A stretch of 64,000 nucleotides of DNA from a virus (Duplodnaviria > Caudoviricetes). The notes under the pieces are model-generated. The model made no database searches, had not been told where the DNA came from, and saw only the letters and a program-made list of their open reading frames with translations. Both the position numbers and the translations under genes were made by a program. The DNA lies in the IMG/VR virus record IMGVR_UViG_3300027847_001698; one strand, given 5' to 3'. Positions 8,370 through 17,922 of the stretch are shown here, in pieces (within the stretch, counting starts at the first letter, position 1; each line of letters opens with the position of its first letter).

Positions 8370-10171
8370 ACTAACTTCCTTTTTTCCTCTGACTTTAACA
8401 TCAAGTCAAAAATACCATTACAATCTTTAGGGTAAGCAATCCTAACCAACCTTCTAGTTTTCTCATCTAATAAGCAAACTTGTAATTGGTCTGGATTCAT
8501 TTCACCTAAACCCTTATATCTCTGGATCTTACAGCTAGTATGTTTTTTCTTAAATACGTCTACTTCTTCTTGGGTGTATAACGGGACAAATTTTCCTTTT
8601 AATGTTGAACCGTATAACGGAAGAACTGCTTTATATATGTATCCATTTCTCAATAAATCAGGAACTAGTTTTAACAACACCGTCATTAATAATACAGAAA
8701 TATGTGCGCCATCTGCATCTGCATCTGTTGACACAATAAACTTCCCATATCTAATACCTTCTATATCAAAATCTGGAACATGCCCTGTACCTAAAGCATT
8801 TATCATTTCAATGATTTCTTTATTCTTAAGAAAATCCTTTTTATCATCTGCTATATTTGGTATCTTACCTCTAAGGGGCAATACGGCATGAATCCTAGGA
8901 TTTCTACACATCAACAATGATCCACCAGCCGATTGACCTTCTAATACAAAAAGTTCAGACTCAGAAACATTATGTGTTGTACAATCTCGTAATTTAGAAT
9001 CAACTACTGAATTGAGTCTAGTTACTTGCTTTCCAGTTTTTACAATCTTCTTGCTTGAGTCTTTTTTCTTTCTATAGGAAACAAAAAATTCAAGAAGTTG
9101 ATTTCTAACATCAGGATTTGCAGCTAATTCCTTTTTGAATATAGCTTCAGCTTTAGAATATAGATGAGCTAATTTAGTCCTCGGAGTTGATAACTTTTCC
9201 TTTGTTTGAGAACTATATGATGGCTCGTATAACATTATAGATGTATAACATCTAAATCCAAGCAACGAATCAGTTTTATTAAATTCTATCTTCTCTTTCT
9301 TGGCTTCATTCTCTAATACATTTCTAATAATATCATTTGTGCTATTTACGTGTCCACCATGATTAACACTTAGTATATTAACACATCCTAAATGTTTAGC
9401 AGTTACCGATCCTTCTAACTCCCAACAAAATCGAATATCAAGGGTTTCATCTTTTTGTGAAGTGGAGATATTAAATACTTTACTAATAGAATCTTCACTT
9501 CCACCTAACACATCCTCTTTAAAGAAAGAGTCTAAATCACAATCTATAACTTCTTTCTTTTTATCTACTATAAGTATTAACTTAAGATCATTAAGATGAA
9601 TTGATGCTACTCTAAGTCTCGCCCTAATATCATCTAAATTAAAAATCAATCCTTCAAAGTATTTTTTACTGGGCTTGAATTTTATTTGAGTTGCAAATGG
9701 CCGTTTAGCTGAATCAAAATCTTCTTCTGTATGTTTTGCTACTTCTGCATCTTCAAATCTATAAAAGACATGTTTATCATCTCGATAAACTTCTACTTCC
9801 ATAAAATCACTTAATGCAGTAACAGCAACAATACCAATACCATGAAGACCAGATGCTATCTTGTATACACCACTTTCGCCTTTAGAAAATTTTCCACCAG
9901 AAAACAACTGAGTGGCAATCGTAGGAATGGTGTCATTCTCAAATGGAATTCCTCTTCCATTATCTGCAACGGTGACAGTATGTTTCTTACTATCAATTTG
10001 CACTCCTATAATATCGGAATAGCCACCTTGTGCTTCATCTAATGAATTATCTAATAGCTCATATATCAAATGGTTCGGACATGTCGTATCACCGATATAC
10101 ATTCCCGGATGCTTTCTAATATGATCTAATTGCTCTAATACTTGAATACTTTCGTGTGTATAATCAGACAT
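8366..10171 (-). CDS. gyrB: Type IIA topoisomerase subunit B (GyrB/ParE-like)
   Basis: HIRKHPGMYIG, ELLDNSLDE, DNGRGIP, SGLHGIG (GHKL ATPase); EGQSAGG, PLRGKIPN, DADADG (TOPRIM); RYKGLGEM. Confidence 0.93.
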   Translation of the reverse strand: MSDYTHESIQVLEQLDHIRKHPGMYIGDTTCPNHLIYELLDNSLDEAQGGYSDIIGVQIDSKKHTVTVADNGRGIPFENDTIPTIATQLFSGGKFSKGESGVYKIASGLHGIGIVAVTALSDFMEVEVYRDDKHVFYRFEDAEVAKHTEEDFDSAKRPFATQIKFKPSKKYFEGLIFNLDDIRARLRVASIHLNDLKLILIVDKKKEVIDCDLDSFFKEDVLGGSEDSISKVFNISTSQKDETLDIRFCWELEGSVTAKHLGCVNILSVNHGGHVNSTNDIIRNVLENEAKKEKIEFNKTDSLLGFRCYTSIMLYEPSYSSQTKEKLSTPRTKLAHLYSKAEAIFKKELAANPDVRNQLLEFFVSYRKKKDSSKKIVKTGKQVTRLNSVVDSKLRDCTTHNVSESELFVLEGQSAGGSLLMCRNPRIHAVLPLRGKIPNIADDKKDFLKNKEIIEMINALGTGHVPDFDIEGIRYGKFIVSTDADADGAHISVLLMTVLLKLVPDLLRNGYIYKAVLPLYGSTLKGKFVPLYTQEEVDVFKKKHTSCKIQRYKGLGEMNPDQLQVCLLDEKTRRLVRIAYPKDCNGIFDLMLKSEEKRKLV

Positions 10172-10340
10172 ATTATGTACTAAAACTATTTCTGCAAATC
10201 ATCTGAATCTCCTTAATAAATTTCCTTCAATTCTTATTTCTTATACACTATATTAATCCCATACATATGACTGTTCAACTAACAAGAATTTATTATTCAT
10301 CTTTTTTTACACCAGATCCAATTATCTATATTTAACCATA

Positions 10341-10371
10341 CCCCTATCAAATTAGTTATATTCGATAGGGG
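10341..10371 (-). terminator. Stem-loop downstream of the lipoprotein gene
   Basis: CCCCTATC...GATAGGGG inverted repeat, but no clear U-tract, so terminator function is uncertain. Confidence 0.35.
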
Positions 10372-10395
10372 ACATGTGGTTAATCTTCCAATTCA

Positions 10396-10686
10396 TCAAT
10401 TTTCAGTTTCGGGGACTGAATCGTTCTCACCAATTAAACCATCTATTATTTTATCAACTCCTTTATTGATAATGCCAGCAGCATCTTTCCTTGTAACGTT
10501 AGTATCTGAATTTCGGATAACAACAAATACGTCCTCATTCTGTCTACCTTCGTAAGTAAATTTTCTTACTGGGTCACCAGGAGCATCTAAACTAAGAGTT
10601 CCAAACCCTGGAAGAGTTGTTGTTAAACAGCCACTTGTTAAAAACAAACAACCAATCAACCCCACTACAAATATTACCTTTTTCAT
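10396..10686 (-). CDS. Putative lipoprotein
   Basis: MKK + hydrophobic stretch + lipobox LTSGC. Confidence 0.6.
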   Translation of the reverse strand: MKKVIFVVGLIGCLFLTSGCLTTTLPGFGTLSLDAPGDPVRKFTYEGRQNEDVFVVIRNSDTNVTRKDAAGIINKGVDKIIDGLIGENDSVPETEN

Positions 10687-10753
10687 AAAACGTCTCCCTA
10701 TATCTTTTGACTATTCTTTATAGTTATATGTTCTTTAAATTTTAAATCTAACT

Positions 10754-11806
10754 TTAAGTAACTAAATCTGCATTTGCAAGATATGTCTGACCATCATGAT
10801 CAACAATCTGTTCGCTGAAATCACCACTCATCATTGGACAAGTCCAATTACAACCTTTACAATAATGTTTATAGTCATACTTGATAGCATCTAGTAACTT
10901 GTCAGTGAAAACTCCGTCTGATGAAATGATATCATCTACATCTTTAATTAATGGAGATGCAACTCCCTTAACTCTAAGACACAATCTAAAACTTCCATCT
11001 GGTTCTATACTAACATTATGGAGATCTTTATTTAATGTACATTTCATCTTACTAGGGAGATATTTATATAACTCATCTAGTAATCCGGGAATATGTACTA
11101 GTAATTCCCCACTATCTGCTCCTGCTTTCAACTCATCAAAAATATCTCTGATCTCTTGATCCTGTGGGAGTAGAACTTCTGCTCCAACATTTGAGAAATC
11201 ATAATAAGGAGTTTTTTGATCATCTACAGCAGTTATTGAACTATAGATTCCTTTATCTGTTAATTCCTTTACCATCGTCAAGATGTAGGGAATTGATTCT
11301 TTCATTATGGTGATCTCTGCAACTACATCATCCGATATGCCATCTTTTTTCATAACAGCAAGATTCTCTAATCCCCATCTAGACTTCTTTGCAATATCAT
11401 CATTTCTACCAGGAATGAATGCTACAGGATCAACTGATGAAGTGAATCCTTTAAACTTTCCATACTTCTCATATACCTGATAAATCTTCTTTTTAGCTGC
11501 TGGAGTATTATTTGATATGACCGTGTAATTCATTTTGGTTTCATTAAGATATTTAATGATTCCTGGAAATGATTTTACAATTGTTGGCTCTCCGCCATAA
11601 ATTATGAGAAATACATGAGGATTATTTGCTCTAAGTCTTTCGAATATAGGAATCCATCCATCTGCATCTAATTCAGCTTTATGATAAGCTCTCATTAAAG
11701 GATATTCTTCTGGCATATCCTCATAATCTTTTACAATATTACAATACGAACATGCCAAGTTACAATGTCTTGTAATAAGGATATTTGCTATCCATACTTT
11801 ATTCAT
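10754..11806 (-). CDS. Radical SAM protein with C-terminal Cys cluster (SPASM/Twitch-like)
   Basis: CNLACSYC (CxxxCxxC) and GGEP; C-terminal cysteines KCTL, RLCL, CKGCNWTC. Confidence 0.88.
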   Translation of the reverse strand: MNKVWIANILITRHCNLACSYCNIVKDYEDMPEEYPLMRAYHKAELDADGWIPIFERLRANNPHVFLIIYGGEPTIVKSFPGIIKYLNETKMNYTVISNNTPAAKKKIYQVYEKYGKFKGFTSSVDPVAFIPGRNDDIAKKSRWGLENLAVMKKDGISDDVVAEITIMKESIPYILTMVKELTDKGIYSSITAVDDQKTPYYDFSNVGAEVLLPQDQEIRDIFDELKAGADSGELLVHIPGLLDELYKYLPSKMKCTLNKDLHNVSIEPDGSFRLCLRVKGVASPLIKDVDDIISSDGVFTDKLLDAIKYDYKHYCKGCNWTCPMMSGDFSEQIVDHDGQTYLANADLVT

Positions 11807-11810
11807 ACTA

Positions 11811-12059
11811 TCATCCTAATTCTGTTCTAGTATTGCGTCCGTCTACAATATGAAGTTCACCCATCATATCTTTAATAAAACTTGTTACATCATTGTGATA
11901 TATTCGTTGATTTGTCTTCGAATCAACAACAGTTACACTTGAAAAATCAAGGAGATATTCTAATTTTTGTTTCTTCTGTTGTACAATAAGTCGACTAATA
12001 CAAGGTATCGGAACCGACAGTGGAGGATCATCTTTAACTCTAGCATTTTTTCTTGCCAT
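11811..12059 (-). CDS. Hypothetical protein
   Basis: Co-oriented, tightly packed ORF. Confidence 0.55.
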   Translation of the reverse strand: MARKNARVKDDPPLSVPIPCISRLIVQQKKQKLEYLLDFSSVTVVDSKTNQRIYHNDVTSFIKDMMGELHIVDGRNTRTELG

Positions 12060-12122
12060 AAAATTATCACCTTGTTAACAAATTAATTAATCTTATTAAT
12101 AGGCCATATGTGATCTAAACTA

Positions 12123-12971
12123 TTATAAACCCAAATCAAGTTCCACATCAAGTTCATCTACAACTGAATCAACAACATCCGTTGAATTATCCTCAAATGT
12201 AGGAGCATCATCGTCAACAGATGTCTGCCTTGAATGTCCCCCACTGCCACCATCAACATTGCCAGATAAATCAAACTGCAACTTAAATGGATCTTGCCAT
12301 TTAGACGCCTTCTGGACTATTGATTCTACTGACTTGTCTGGTAACTTCTTGTCTAATGAAAACCCAAATACACTTTTCTTGCCATAATCACTATCAACTG
12401 AATTACGTGTAACTTTAGTTATGAAACGTCTAGGTGTAATGACCGACTCTTCAAACGCATCAGTTCCATCAGATAAATTATCTAACTCCTTAGCCCTCTC
12501 TGAAATTTGATTCAAGAATTCAATAACTGGTCCTACTTTAAGACCATTACACTTGAAAAATATCAAAGCTGCACGTTCGGGATCAGTTTTATCTAGAATT
12601 GGCTTTCCTGCACTATTAACCGCTGCACCAGCTATAACATAATAACATCTAGCTTCCGGAGGATAATTTGGATCCGAATCTGGATCTGCCGAAAAATAAG
12701 TTAGTTTATCTCTATCTCCTAACTTCGTATATGCAGCTCTATACTTGTGTATGAATAACACAATAAAACTAACTTCATCTTCATTTCTAAATACATATTT
12801 TTCATCTACATCTCTAGAATCAAACATACCCGGCCATATTGAATGTAACTTGTGTAATTGTTGTTCATCTCTTTCCTGGCCTGAAATGAAACATGAAATA
12901 AACGGTCCGGACTCTTTTCTTGTAGCAATCGACGTTTCAGCCAGATGCCCATATTCTTCTGCTTTAATCAT
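12123..12971 (-). CDS. Putative single-stranded DNA-binding protein
   Basis: Beta-rich core, Gly linker and a long acidic tail ending in hydrophobic residues (DELDVELDLGL), the usual layout of phage SSBs. Function is inferred only. Confidence 0.45.
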   Translation of the reverse strand: MIKAEEYGHLAETSIATRKESGPFISCFISGQERDEQQLHKLHSIWPGMFDSRDVDEKYVFRNEDEVSFIVLFIHKYRAAYTKLGDRDKLTYFSADPDSDPNYPPEARCYYVIAGAAVNSAGKPILDKTDPERAALIFFKCNGLKVGPVIEFLNQISERAKELDNLSDGTDAFEESVITPRRFITKVTRNSVDSDYGKKSVFGFSLDKKLPDKSVESIVQKASKWQDPFKLQFDLSGNVDGGSGGHSRQTSVDDDAPTFEDNSTDVVDSVVDELDVELDLGL

Positions 12972-13165
12972 TTAAAAACTCCATAAGAAAAATAACTGAA
13001 TGGTTTTATAATCTCCATAACTTATCAACAATCTATAAACTACATCTTCTTGGTTTTGCTTATTAAATACAAAATCCCGATGTAATCAACAGATAACGGG
13101 TCATAACTTATTTCTTCAATCGTAAATTAATATATATGGACTATCAATCTAAAACCAAGTAAAGT

Positions 13166-13405
13166 TTATGGTTGTACAAACGATACAAGATTTTGAGGAT
13201 TAGTAAAATCTATAGTTATATTAGGTGCAGTAGCGGCAGTAACAGTTTCTAACAATCTAGTTATTCTGTTATCTAATTTACAAGGAATGATTATTTCAGA
13301 CTGATCTACAAACTTGAAATATACTTGGTCCATTGATGGCTGAACTGCCATTACGTCACAGTTATTTCTAGTAACGGTCATGCCATGTGTCATAATTGTT
13401 AACAT
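13166..13405 (-). CDS. Hypothetical protein
   Basis: Co-oriented ORF 2 nt after the previous gene. Confidence 0.6.
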   Translation of the reverse strand: MLTIMTHGMTVTRNNCDVMAVQPSMDQVYFKFVDQSEIIIPCKLDNRITRLLETVTAATAPNITIDFTNPQNLVSFVQP

Positions 13406-13407
13406 TT

Positions 13408-14025
13408 TTATTCTACTCCTGTTTGGATTGCGATTTTATTTTCTACAATTTTAGTTTTATATTTCATTATTAATTTAACAACTGTATTGAACACATCTTC
13501 TTTTGATCCAGTTATTAGATAATAATAAACATGTTTGGGTATTGAGTTCTTAAGTTTTTTTATATTATTTATAAACGAATTATAATATAAATCTAGATAT
13601 TCTAAAAGTGTTTCTCTATCATGCATAAAAAATTTATAATCATCAGCAGGAATAGCTCTAGCTAATAAATCACTACAATCTCCTTTTTCAAAAAATCCTA
13701 ATAATACAGTCAAAATTAAACCAGGTTTATTAACTGAATATCTATCTATCAGAAGATCTTCTAGTGTAGTTAACCCGTATATCGTTATTAATTTCTCCAT
13801 ACAAATATTGTAAAAGTTATATAGTGCATCTTGATCTAATTCTTTTAAAATATCATTTAAAAATAGATCTATATTATACGCACATTCCACAGTACCTATA
13901 GTTTCAGAGATAGAATCAACTCTATACTGAGCTTCCCCAGCCAGAATTGCTGACTCTTGATCTCTAGAATCATCCTCTCTAAAAGGATTAACTACAATAG
14001 ATCTATAATATTCTAATGATTCCAT
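13408..14025 (-). CDS. Hypothetical protein
   Basis: 205-aa ORF with no recognisable motif. Confidence 0.65.
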   Translation of the reverse strand: MESLEYYRSIVVNPFREDDSRDQESAILAGEAQYRVDSISETIGTVECAYNIDLFLNDILKELDQDALYNFYNICMEKLITIYGLTTLEDLLIDRYSVNKPGLILTVLLGFFEKGDCSDLLARAIPADDYKFFMHDRETLLEYLDLYYNSFINNIKKLKNSIPKHVYYYLITGSKEDVFNTVVKLIMKYKTKIVENKIAIQTGVE

Positions 14026-14290
14026 CTTTAATATTTATTCTCATTTTGTTAAAAAACATTCTTTTAAGATTAAAAAAACAGGGGAAGAGATTTAATGTAT
14101 AATACAACACCACAAGATAATACAACCCACTCCTGTTATCTTATGAAAATATATATAGTATGATACCATATATAAGGCATAGCCCCAGAACAAATCATCC
14201 AGAATAACATTAACGAAAATAAAATATATATTATCCAAAACTGGGTCTACTTATGTTATTATTCAATATAATAACCGCAGGAGACATATC

Positions 14291-14659
14291 ATGTCAGAAG
14301 AAACAATGGCAGTCGAAGAAGTTACAAAAATAGTCTTAGGTGACTATGGTTGGTTATTTCTAGTTGGTATCATTGTATTAATGAGCAGATCACTGATTAC
14401 TAATATAGTAGCATCAATGATGATTCGTGGCCCTAAATTTTCAGAATTAGATATAATATTTATATCTGGCAGAAAAGCAATGATACTAAATATAGGAATA
14501 AGGAAAACTTCGTTTTATATGTATGATAGACAAACGTTAATGATAGTTCCTAATGAAAAATTAAATTCATTAACTATAGAAGTTGTAGCAGCAGGAATAG
14601 AATTACCTGATCGTCTTAATGGTCATGATAAACCAAAAGACGAAGTAATTTTAGACTAA
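14291..14659 (+). CDS. Short MscS-family-like membrane protein
   Basis: AGGAG RBS; one N-terminal TM region followed by DIIFISGRKAMILNIGIRKT...IVPNEKL, which resembles the MscS middle beta-domain (GDxIxIxG...IGxRxT...IPNxxL). Confidence 0.55.
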   Translation: MSEETMAVEEVTKIVLGDYGWLFLVGIIVLMSRSLITNIVASMMIRGPKFSELDIIFISGRKAMILNIGIRKTSFYMYDRQTLMIVPNEKLNSLTIEVVAAGIELPDRLNGHDKPKDEVILD

Positions 14660-16572
14660 CCTTCTACTATTCCTTTAAACATATCCTTACTCCATTGGAC
14701 TATCTCATCCATCCGTGTTGACAAGTTAGCAGATCCACCAGTATCTAAAGTTAGAGTATAAATATACACCGGTGTATCTTGGCCTATTCTATGGATTCTA
14801 TCACTCGCTTGTTGATAGTCGGTATATCGCCACGGCATATTTAAAAAGATAAGAGTATTTGCTTCAATCAGAGTTACACCAGTTGCCATTGTCTGAACTG
14901 TAGCAATTAAAGGATTTCGTTTAGCATCAGAAGCAAACTCAGCTAATAATGGTTTGATTCTAGAGGATGTATCACCATATACAAGAATAGGATTAAATCT
15001 ATTTTTTTTGAGGTATGATTCACATTGTAATACCACTCCCCGATATGTGGAAAAAATAACAGTCTTCTTCTCAGATTTGTTTATAATATCAATGATTCCA
15101 CTTCTAGGAATCATATGTGCATACATTTCAGATCTCAATTTATTTAACAATCCACCTAGTACTTCTCCTCTAATTTTAAGATCAACATATTTTATAACTG
15201 ATTTAGACTTCAAGAACTTCTTTTTTAAATCCGAAGGTAGCAATTTATAAATTGTGGCTTTCTCGTATATATTTGCCCATACTACATTTTCAACTTGCCG
15301 TTTGTCTCTAGCGTTATATCCCGATTTTTTTAATCTTTTTACTATATATAAATATCTAACAAAATCAGAATCATCATTTAATTGAGTGGATACATATTTT
15401 AAACATTCATTATAATCATTTAAATACTTTCCATAATTCTTATTATAATGTGCTTTTCGTTCAATGACGTATGCCATTATTGTCTTTTTAACTTCTTCTG
15501 TTGTATAATCTTTAGAATTAGAAATCTTTACCTTTATCTTGATTTCATTCTTTTTAGGAAGATTCAATACCTCATGCTTCATTTTCCTATGCATCATGAA
15601 TCCCAATCTATTGTTGAGTATATCTAACGCTATAGTGGTATTAAGTCCAAATGCCTTTTTAAATATAGCAAGAGCTTCATCGTCAAAGAAAGGATCTAAC
15701 ACTTTCAAATAAGGAAGCATGTCAATCCCCAATGCTTTTATAGGAGTTCCGCTCATAAATAAAACATCATTACAATTAGTGAATTCTTTTATCTTTACTA
15801 AATTTGTAGTTCTGACTGAATTTATATTCTTAAAATTATGACTCTCATCTACAATTATTCCAATTCTCTTTGCTTTAGATATATGTGATGCGACTTGAGC
15901 AAATTTAGACAGTGATTCATAATTAAAAATATAATACTTTACTGGCCGAGAAGGAGGTGGTTCCCCAACAATCCACGTTGATTGTTCATCTTTAAATGCT
16001 GCATTTATCTCATTTCTCCATACTGTACTTACAGTATTTTTTGGAGCTATGATAATTACACAATCTTTAGATAGCCCCTCCATTAATGCGAGGCTTGTTA
16101 CAGTCTTTCCTAATCCTTGTTCAAATGACAAAATATAACCATTCAAAAAATACTTTTGTTTCATTGTATCATACAACTTAATAAACTGTTGCTGATATGG
16201 CTTTAAAGTAAATACAATACTTTTATTTATTCTTGATCCCTTTACTCTAGATCTTACATTACCATTTAATGTAGATAACCATGAATCTTCTAATATATTA
16301 TTAACTATTATTGCATATATATTTCTACCTGGAAGCTGTCCTAATATATAAACCAATTCTGGCAAAAAGAAATTATGAATTCGTATAGTACTATTTCCAA
16401 AAAATTTAAATCCTATAGCTTCTAATAATTTAGTTATTTTACTAGTTTTATATACCCGTTTAATATCTAATGCAAATCTATTAACTGGAAAAGATTTTAT
16501 TATAGTATATTTATCTTTAGTAATAACGTCATTACTAAATAATTCAGAAACATAAGTAAACTTAGGATTCAT
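14656..16572 (-). CDS. SNF2-family helicase/translocase
   Basis: LKPYQ, EQGLGKT, IIAPK, VDESHNFKN, MSGTP, GVTLIEA, QASDRIHRIGQ. Confidence 0.85.
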   Translation of the reverse strand: MNPKFTYVSELFSNDVITKDKYTIIKSFPVNRFALDIKRVYKTSKITKLLEAIGFKFFGNSTIRIHNFFLPELVYILGQLPGRNIYAIIVNNILEDSWLSTLNGNVRSRVKGSRINKSIVFTLKPYQQQFIKLYDTMKQKYFLNGYILSFEQGLGKTVTSLALMEGLSKDCVIIIAPKNTVSTVWRNEINAAFKDEQSTWIVGEPPPSRPVKYYIFNYESLSKFAQVASHISKAKRIGIIVDESHNFKNINSVRTTNLVKIKEFTNCNDVLFMSGTPIKALGIDMLPYLKVLDPFFDDEALAIFKKAFGLNTTIALDILNNRLGFMMHRKMKHEVLNLPKKNEIKIKVKISNSKDYTTEEVKKTIMAYVIERKAHYNKNYGKYLNDYNECLKYVSTQLNDDSDFVRYLYIVKRLKKSGYNARDKRQVENVVWANIYEKATIYKLLPSDLKKKFLKSKSVIKYVDLKIRGEVLGGLLNKLRSEMYAHMIPRSGIIDIINKSEKKTVIFSTYRGVVLQCESYLKKNRFNPILVYGDTSSRIKPLLAEFASDAKRNPLIATVQTMATGVTLIEANTLIFLNMPWRYTDYQQASDRIHRIGQDTPVYIYTLTLDTGGSANLSTRMDEIVQWSKDMFKGIVEG

Positions 16573-16575
16573 AAA

Positions 16576-17907
16576 TTATTGTTTAGATGATACAATGATA
16601 GCAGTCATTTCTTTCCATCCATTGGGATTTCCTACTCTGGAATCTACCGCATTTTTATAATCTCTAAATGTTATTTGTAATTTCGGATTCTTTTTATATA
16701 ATGATATAATATACTGATATACTTCCTGTTTAATTTTCATATCTATAGATGGAGATGTAAATTTAAGCATATCACCTATCAATGATATAATCTTTTTAGA
16801 ATCAAAAGCTATTTCAATAGCAGGAGCCCTACTTAATACAGCAGAATCTATTTGGTTAAGTGAAAGGTTAGTAATAATAATTAATTTCCCCTTAAACTCA
16901 AATTTATCTGGGGATGCTGATTCGTCTCCTCCAGTTTCTATCGTTGCCAATGTTGCTTTTTTAGGAAGAGATACTATTCGATTATCATAACTATCAGTAA
17001 TTGATTTTATCAGATTGATAACATCATCGTTCTGTAATGGAGTATCAAAATCATCAAGAATTAAAATTCTTTTCCTGTATTTATACAACATATCATAAAC
17101 CTCAGTCAAGCCCAAACTACTTCCCTTTATTATAGCATAATCTTTTCTAGGAGCTAATCCTGAAAAATGCAAAGCTCGTCTAACATTATATGTTTTAGAC
17201 ATCCCAGGTGGGCCATATATTATTAATGCAGGAGAAGGACCAGTTAGAGTATGATTAATCATATTAACCAAATCATTATACACCGCATATGCAGGTTCAT
17301 CTTTTTTCTGACTAGCAAATAACCCGTCATTTATAGCTTGTTCTAAAGGACCACTTACATACCTTTCTTGATACCAATTATATACTTTCTTAAAAATATA
17401 TCTAGCTTTCAAATAAAGACCAACAAGCCACACTATACCAAACATTGCAGCTATCGCCATCGCCGCAGGGTTGGTTTTTATTTGGTTTATGGCGGTAGCC
17501 TTAAGATCAATATCAGTCGACTCATATTGCATCTTATTCTTTTTAGCTAATATTATCATTCCGATAAACTTAAGAAGATCTTCTTTTTCAATATTACTAT
17601 TTATTGAAAATCCAGCGAGTGCTTGTAATTTATTATTACATATATCTAAACTATATATTTGCTTAAATGATTTATTTTTAGACGTAATTCTGATAACTCT
17701 TAACTTTCCACTAGATAAATATAAGAAATATTTTATAGCAAATAATTTACCATGCGTTTTAGTTGTTATTTCTTCTATATCTGGAATCCTGATAATTTTG
17801 TTAATACCAGGTAAGCGCTCTTTATTCAATTTTAAAACAAAACTAAAATCATTATTTTTAGTCTTCTTCTGTAACTCTTCCTTAGCTATTGTATACTTAA
17901 TATTCAT
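16576..17907 (-). CDS. AAA+ ATPase with N-terminal extension and one hydrophobic helix
   Basis: Walker A GPPGMSKT, Walker B ILILDDFD, IIITN, LSRA; hydrophobic AAMAIAAMFGIVWLVGLYL precedes the ATPase domain. Confidence 0.7.
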   Translation of the reverse strand: MNIKYTIAKEELQKKTKNNDFSFVLKLNKERLPGINKIIRIPDIEEITTKTHGKLFAIKYFLYLSSGKLRVIRITSKNKSFKQIYSLDICNNKLQALAGFSINSNIEKEDLLKFIGMIILAKKNKMQYESTDIDLKATAINQIKTNPAAMAIAAMFGIVWLVGLYLKARYIFKKVYNWYQERYVSGPLEQAINDGLFASQKKDEPAYAVYNDLVNMINHTLTGPSPALIIYGPPGMSKTYNVRRALHFSGLAPRKDYAIIKGSSLGLTEVYDMLYKYRKRILILDDFDTPLQNDDVINLIKSITDSYDNRIVSLPKKATLATIETGGDESASPDKFEFKGKLIIITNLSLNQIDSAVLSRAPAIEIAFDSKKIISLIGDMLKFTSPSIDMKIKQEVYQYIISLYKKNPKLQITFRDYKNAVDSRVGNPNGWKEMTAIIVSSKQ

Positions 17908-17922
17908 TTTATATCTCGTTAG

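Noticed and set aside
6882-10171. Calling the topoisomerase a true supercoiling gyrase
   Set aside because: The A subunit lacks the C-terminal pinwheel domain needed for DNA wrapping; the gyrA/gyrB symbols denote homology only.
10754-11806. Calling the radical SAM protein QueE because queD is nearby
   Set aside because: It is too long, lacks the QueE-type N-terminal motifs and carries an auxiliary C-terminal Cys cluster.
14040-14290. TAATACAAC direct repeats and short hydrophobic ORFs in the intergenic gap
   Set aside because: Only two short copies and no convincing start or RBS; not supportable as a gene or array.
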